A DNA stretch of 11,200 nt from Bacteriovoracaceae bacterium (lineage in GTDB: Bacteria; Bdellovibrionota; Bacteriovoracia; Bacteriovoracales; Bacteriovoracaceae), in NCBI GenBank assembly GCA_049599895.1, contig JBMYPC010000102.1, positions 1 to 11,200 on the forward strand, given 5' to 3'. Of this stretch, positions 1-7,800 are shown piece by piece. Made by a program: the position numbers and the translations under genes. Position 1 is the first letter of the stretch. Every line of letters starts with the position of its first letter. A model generated the notes under the pieces. It did not search any database. It was not told the origin of the DNA and saw only the letters and a program-made list of their open reading frames with translations.

Positions 1-1
1 T

Positions 2-1860
2 AGAGAATTGATCAAAGCTCATATAGGGGAAAGTTTCAAGAATATCTCCATCAGGTTCATCACTTCCGTTAATTGAACTATTATTATAGAATTCCGAAAA
101 CCCTGAGTTTTTGCTTCCATCGGGGCCTTCGACAGCATCGCCAGAGCAGGAAGAATCGTTGCACGAACGAGTCATGATATCGATACGGTTGGCCCCTCTT
201 CGGTAAAGATCGAGAATTTCAAGGTCTGTTAGGTTTCGCTCCCAGAGAGCTATTTCATCTAGATGATGTTTACCTCCTGCAAACTTTAGAGGTACTCCAT
301 TAACAGCAAGAGCCCCTGGGCCAACTCTTCCACCTTTTTTCTTCCCATTTACATAGAGCTGTCCCCCAATCCCAGAGTCGAAACTTAGAACAACATGATG
401 CCAATGATTATATTCATCTTCAGAGAAATAATAATTGGATGACATATGTCCCCAAGCTCCGCCTCTGTTTCCATAAAATGTTAGTCGGCCTTTATTAGCA
501 GAACTTGCTCCATTATTATCCCCAAAGATGTACATCACAAAATTGGCATCTGCTGTATTTCCCCATTTGGAAACAGGCTTATCGGCATGTACAGTCCCAG
601 GATCAGTAATATATATCCATGATGATAAAGTAAAATTACTCGGGAGATCGAGACTATCATCATCAGAGACATTAGCGGAGCTCTTTAAAGAAGCACTTCC
701 AAACTTCTTATTATCAGTATCAAATGTCCCGCCTGTAAAGTCATTGCCATAACCAGACTTATCTGTCCCATCACCATTCATATGCCACAGACCTACAAGT
801 CCATCTTTTAAATCACTTGGTCCACTCGCATTAACCGAATCAATGGTTTCCGAATAACTTGAAGGATCTTCAATGTGAATATTATCAGGAATTTCTTTTC
901 CAAAAGCTAATGGTGTTTTCCAACCAATGGCATCCCAAGGAACAATATCTCCCATATCAAAAATCTCAGACGCGACAATTCCACCAAATTTTTGCTTTTG
1001 TTTTTCGTAAATGAGTTTTGCATTGTCTGCACTTAAGACAGTACCTCTCCAGACAGCAAGATCATCAATTTCTCCTTTCCAAAAGCGATCTGTTCCACCA
1101 ACATTGCTGATGCCGATTTGGAACTTTCCACTAGCATGTCCGAGTCCATCAGTACTACTAGTCGTCGTAACTTCTACCCCGTCAATGTAGGCTTTAATCG
1201 CTCCCTTATCATAAGTGACAACAACATGCTGCCAGCGATCTATTGTGAAACTAAAATCAAAAGTTGATCGACGGTCAACGCCATCTCGTTTAGCCCCAAA
1301 GTAAAGTTTTGACTGACCAGAATGTTTTCTTAAGGTAAATTGATTATCGTTAGGCCAGCTGTTTGCAAAGACTGTCCCGTAATTCGCTATTGTAGGATCG
1401 CCTTTTAACCACATTGAAAATGACAGTCTATCATTACTTCCTAGTTGTGCAGTATCAACGTAATCACCAGCTCCATCAAATGTCGCCGACCCTGCTCCCA
1501 ACTTTCCAGGGCTCGTAAAACCAACATCACCTACTAATGTCCCATCACTTCCAACACCAGCATCACCATTTCCATCAAACTTCCAATAACCCACAATATT
1601 CTTCCACTCTGGAGTCCAACTCGAATGAAGCTCAATACAATTCATCTGCGTCCCATCACATGTGCCGTCATCACCAAGTGTTACTGTCTCTTTATAAGCA
1701 TCCCAAACCGTTCCAATCAGCTCTCCCGCTTCAAACTTCGTCTGATCATCTGTTAAAAGATCCACTGTCTTAAGTGCAGCATCTCCACCCACAATCTCTA
1801 AACCACTACTCACCGTATAGTTCCCAGGAACTGCAAAGCTCCACTGCTTCTCAAACTTAA
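2..1860 (-). repeat. Super-repeat unit 3 (truncated): scaffold plus two LamG-like domains (~1600-995, ~803-194)
   Basis: IVGYWKFDG...WQHVVVTYD...WKGEIDDLAVW; GLVGLWHMNG...WHHVVLSFD...LDEIALWERNLTDLEILDLYRRG, followed by the scaffold motif IMTRSCNDSSC. Confidence 0.85.
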
Positions 1861-4800
1861 TCGAGAACGTCTCATCCCCGTTTTGAACATTACTTGAAAG
1901 CTCCTGCCCATACACATCTTCAATAGATTTATCTGCATCATTGAGATCAAGTCTCACCTTCCCTGATCCCACAAGACCTTGAACTCTCACTGTATAAGTC
2001 TTTCCATCGTCGAGTCGAATAGGATTGAGAATCGTCCCTATCACCCCTCCAGACACTGCCGTAAACGTAAAGTCATCAATAGCTGGAGTGCTTACTTCTT
2101 TATCAAACTTCACCGTATAAAAGAGTGTCGCTGAAGTATCTGTCACTTCATTTTCACCATCTCGCCTTGTAATGGAAACGAGATTCGGCTCAGCCTGATC
2201 AAAGGTCTCAATGCTTAAGTCTGTCACTGAACAGCTAAGACTGCTGTCTTCTTCATCAAAAATGACTTTATAACTAAATGATCCAATCCCCACATCTCCT
2301 ACAAAGCTTGTGAGGTTGTTTTGAAGATCAGCTAAGTTGTTTCTGTGAATTTCTGAGTCAGTAGCATCAGTCCAAAAAGACCCGTTGTGGTAATAATAAT
2401 TATCTCCACCATCATTAGATAATTGAAAATAAGGAGTACAACTTCCGCCGGTTGTAATGTCAAAGCTCACTAGATCAGAGAAACTGATCTGCTCATCCAC
2501 TTCAAACTCAACTGGACCCATCATATATTCATCGACATCTGCTAAAGTCACATCATGATTGGTCTTACTATGAAGATTCACTTCACTAATCTCCGGCGAG
2601 CAGATTCCATCACACAATGAATTCTCATCGTCACTTTCAAGAATCGCTCGCCATTGAAAATATTCGCCTACCATTGCCCCAGTATTAAGATCATCGAATT
2701 TGATATAGGGATATTCGGACTTAACGTTTCCGGAAGAGTCGACATTATTAAGCTCTGAGATATAACTATTATCTCCATCAGCTCCTTTCCAGTTCTCTCC
2801 GACACAGTTAGGGTCATCACAAGAACGGACTTGGAACTGTAATCGGTTGGCCTTTCTTAAATAAAGATTTCGGATTTCATCTTTATGAAGTTTTCGGCTC
2901 CAATAGCCTGTTTCATCAAAGTTTGCTTGAATTGCATAAGTACTGTCTCGCTCAGGCCCAATAAAGATAAAATGGTTTCCAGTTAGCTGATTGACTCGAT
3001 CTCCGGCAGTTAATGACTGAGAATGTTTTCCATTGAGGTAGAGATCATAAGTCTGTCCATCAAGGTTTCGAGTGACACAAAGATGCTGCCATTGGTCTCC
3101 GAGGTTGACACTGTCACTAAAACTATAATTCTGCCAACCGGAAGAATCAGTAAGTATGTTAACTCTCATGTGATTGGTCGTTGATCGGTAATTAAGAGAG
3201 AACTTACAGTTACTATTATTGATTCTCGTAATCACATGATAGTTACTCGTCATATTGTCTTTGTCGACCTTGATCCAAGAGCAGAAAGTGATCTCTCCGT
3301 TAATAAGAGTTCCATCAAAAGTTGTAGCTGCTTTTAATTGCCCTGTCCCGGCTCCACTATTGTGTAATAATTTGTGACTATTTCCTAAAACCCCAGGCTC
3401 TGCATAAGTAGTCGCTCCAATTTTAAAAAGATGCCTCCCATTACCAGAGATATCCTCAATATCATTCCCACCTGTAGCGGTATCATCGGTTGTCTCTTCA
3501 AACCTCCAGAAACCTAGTAAACCATCATTAAGATCACTGTCAGCAAATGCTCCTGTGGAATCAATAGTCTTTGGATATATTGTCACAAGATCTGCTTGCC
3601 CATTTCCAAGAAGCTCTTTATTGGTTGGTCTTGATGACTTCCACGAAATGATAGGCCAATTTGCGTCTTCGTGGCCTCTGCTATAAATCTTTGAGGTATA
3701 AATTCCTCCAAGTGCCGTTTTTTGTCTTACATAAATTGTTTTAAATTCTTCAGGAGTTAATTTCTCATCAAAAATAGCAACTTCATCTATTCCTCCACGC
3801 CAAGGTCGGGAACTAGATCCTCGATCTGCGAAATACAGTCCTGCTCCAGCTGCTCCGTAAGAACTTGTTGTCGCATAAGCTGCCAAGGGTCTTCCATTTA
3901 TAAAAACGGATTCGATGCCTTTATGCTCATCTAAGTTAACCGCAAGGTGAAAGTACTCGTTTGGATAGGCATATGTATTTTTTATGCCTACCGATTGAAA
4001 GTGAGAAATCTCTACATTTGAATTGTCTGTACCATATCTCATTGTAATTCTATTTGAAGTAGTGATTCCGACAGCGAAATCATCTCCATTAATTAGATAA
4101 CTCATAGCCATGTCAACTGAAACTCCATCTAATGGGTGCTTAAGCCACATTGAAAATGCTCGAGGCCCATTTGTAGGAAAACTCGAACCACAACTAATTC
4201 GCTCAGCTCCATCAACTTTCTGACTTTGACCGATCTGCCCTTTTTCATAATCCTCTGTACCATTCACTTGCGTACAGTTGTTGGTTCCCATAACATCATT
4301 CAAATCACCATCAAAAGGATAATAAGAAAGGATGCTTCCATATTTTGGCGTCCAATCTGCGCTTAGACGCGTTTGATCAGCAGTTTTCGTTTCTTTTTGT
4401 GTGTCAAAGATAAGTTTGATTTCTTCCTGGGTAAGAGCAGTGTCCCACATTGAGACTTCATCAATTTCACCATTAAAGCCACCTGAAGACCCTGAGTTTT
4501 TACCAATTCGAAATAATGTGGCCGAATTCACAACAGGCAAAGCAAAAGAACTTGTTCCACCAGGATTTTCTCCATCGAGATAAACCCTCACCTTTGAACC
4601 ATCGAAAACATAGGCCACAAGTTTCCACTCACCACTATGAAGTGAATTATCTTGTGTAGGATAAAGAAAACCGCCTCCTGCATTTTTAAAGTAGACTCTC
4701 AACCTTCCACTACTTGTTTCAAGACGAGGGTTAAAATAATCATAATCAAAAACGTTTTGTTGAGCTGAGTTTGTCGTTTTAATCCAAGCAAGATAGGTGG

Positions 4801-7800
4801 CCTTAAGTCTCTTAAGCCTAATACTATCTTGCGTTCCAATTTGAATATAATCTCCAGATCCATCAAGGCTTATTGATGTCCCAAGCTTTCCATCTGTAAA
4901 ATGGGCATCTCCAAAGAGTGTCCCATGATTCCCATTCCCACTAGAATCAAGAACATTCCCATCAAATTTCCAATAACCTTTAAGATTCCCTGCTCGAAGC
5001 GGAAGAATCTTATCCACATCAAATTTCTCACTCGTTGAAGTGAGAAGCTTAATCCTGCCGTCACTTTCATCATAATAAGTTCCAAAGTGAGTCCCTTCAT
5101 CGAACTCAGCTTTACTATCAATCTTTAAATCAATCTTCTTTTTCTTTACTTCTCCACTATCAATCTCGACAAGATTCGATGGGCTTCGAAGCTCGCTAAT
5201 ATCATCAAAGTTCCAGACTTTATTTCCGAGGGCATAAGCATATTCACCTTGAATTGATGTCCCTCCAGCTCCAAGAACATTTCCATAAAGGTCTTGGATC
5301 GTGCCGTTATCATCATCAAAGTCGACTCGAAGTGAGCCACTTCCCGAAATTCCCCCAAGAGTTACATCGTAAATCGCATCATTAATCTGAGTAACAGTGA
5401 ATCCTCCAGATGTAAGAGAACCACTTAAGTTCACCTTTTCAAAGTCTTCTGTGGCAACTCCCGTCACACCTTTACTAAAGACAACTCTATAAGTAACTTC
5501 ACTATCTGATTGAACATAATCCGGACTTAGATAAAGTCTCGTGACCATAGGACTTTCACTATCAAGGGCCTCAATCTCAATATCGTCAACTAAACATTCA
5601 TCAATAGTATTTGATTCAATCACGACCTTATACTTTAAGACTCCGTTTCCAAGATCAGTGTGGAAAGTCCCCACATTAGTGTTCACATCAGCTAACGTAT
5701 TTCGATGAATCGAATCATCCGTCACACTGGTCCAGCTTCCACCATCGTGGTAATAAAAGTTTGCTCCATTATCGGGAGAAAGCTGAAAGAAAGCTCCACA
5801 TCCAGCGGAAAGACTGGCATTAAAACCAAGAAGCTCTTCATAAGATCTTGATCTTTCAGAAACAAAGCTAATGCTTCCACCTTTATAACGGTTTTCTTCT
5901 GGACCAGCTGCCACATTGCCAGTTCTCTTCTTTAAAGATACCCAATTCAGTCGTGGCAAGCAGAGATTATTATAAAGACCATCACTATCAGTATCACAAA
6001 GTTCATACCGTGCATTGGCACTTAAAATCGTTCGCCACTGAAAGTATTGGTTATCTGAAACGGAGTTTGGGAAACTTCCAAGACTTAAGTAAGGACCTTC
6101 AGGCTTCACATTGCCATTCGGAAAACCAAAGTTGAGGCTTGTATTGTTTTGCAGTTCACTAAAGAAAGTTGAAGAGTCCCCAGAATAGCCTTGCCAGGAT
6201 TCTCCATCACAAAGCTTGTCATCACAACTTCTTACCTGGAATTCAACATTATAAAGACCTCTTTCAAAGAGTTCTCTGATTTCATTGTCACTTAAGTAAC
6301 GGTCCCAAACTGCCACCTCATCAACTAAGCCATTAATCGCCCGAGAAAGATTTGATTGAGAGATTCGAAAGACATTCACCCCAGCATCAATTCCAGTAAG
6401 AGCAGTGCTCTTTACCGACTTCTTACCATTTACCCAAATCGCCATCTGGTCAGAAGCATTATGAAATCCAACACAGAGATGAGTCCATTGGTCAGCATGA
6501 ACTCGCTCCGAACTCTTTAAAGTCGTAAACGTTGAACCATCTCCAATTAAAAAAGTCGCTTTCTTTGGAAGCCCCGCTGAATCAAACTTTGTGGCCCAAC
6601 CAGGAGTTGTTCCTGCAGGACTACAATTAGTCGACATTGTACATTCTTGATTATCGGCCATGTCCCGATATTTGGCCCATACACAACTTGTAAAAGCCGT
6701 ATTCCAAAATGATTCTCCACCAAGAGCGGCTTGTTCAATTCGTCCATTTCTTCTTTTTAAATCAAGGGCCCCGCCAGACATTCCATGAGTCTTTTTGTAA
6801 AGACTTCCTGCTGGACTACCATGCTTTCCACTACCAGACCGATCGATGACAGAATTCGCTCCACTCCAAGTTCCCCCTTGCTCATCAAAATTCCAATAAA
6901 GTTTAAGTCCATTTGAAAGTGAAGTCTGAGTCAGGTTTGGATAATAAAGAGTGGCTTCACTGCTTCCACTTGGAACCAGCCCTTTCCCGGAAGGTCGTGG
7001 AGTCTCCCAACTTAAATTTGGCCAAGTCCCCACCATACCAAGATCAAAAACTTGTGATTCATAACTTCCTGCAAGTACACCTTTTTGTTTTTGATAAATG
7101 AACTGAACATCAGCCGCATCAAGAACAGCGTCCCAAAGAGCAAGCTCATCAATATAATAAGTTCCACCATGTCGAGAAAGGTCGACTCCTAAAGAAGAGA
7201 AATCAACGGCTGTCGCCATCCCTGATCTTTGTGCAACTTGAACTCCATCTTTATAAAGAGTCCCTGTACCGTTATTAAAAGTAAAAACAAAATGATTCCA
7301 ATTATCGTGCTCAACCATATCATCAACATCAATACGGTTCCCGCTATCAGTTCCAACAAAGATTTTACAATGAGAAGTATTACCCGAGCTATTAGGCGAA
7401 ATACCAAAAACGAAATCTCCCCATGTCCCAGTGTTAATGGACTGTTCGTGAGCAGATGGACATTGAGAGAGTGATAACCAAAAACTTATACTAAAGGTTG
7501 TTTGATCGATACTAAGGTTATTGAAAACAACACGATTATCGTTATCGATTAATTTAAGACTCTCTCCAATTCGATTCGGATATGCAGAAAGGCCATTAGC
7601 ATCAAGATTTGTAATTTCTCCATCTGGGCCAATGAGACTCTCGGCCTTTCCACCACTTTGAAAAGACTTAATATTTTCAAAACTATTATGAAGTTTTATT
7701 TGATCATACTTTGGAGTCCAGTCAGAACTAAGAGACATACAATTTGTCATCTCAGCATCACACGGAACAAAATCATCTTTTTGAGTATAATAGATCTTTT

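Noticed and set aside
1537..1773. His/Gln-rich plus-strand ORF (MSHHFQHQHHHFHQ...) as a metal-binding peptide
   Set aside because: The CAT/CAC/CAA triplets are the antisense image of Asp/Gly/Val-rich codons (GAT GGT GTT GGA) in the LamG7 entry region.
5010..5018. Perfect DnaA box TTATCCACA
   Set aside because: Single copy inside coding sequence with no cluster, so most likely chance.
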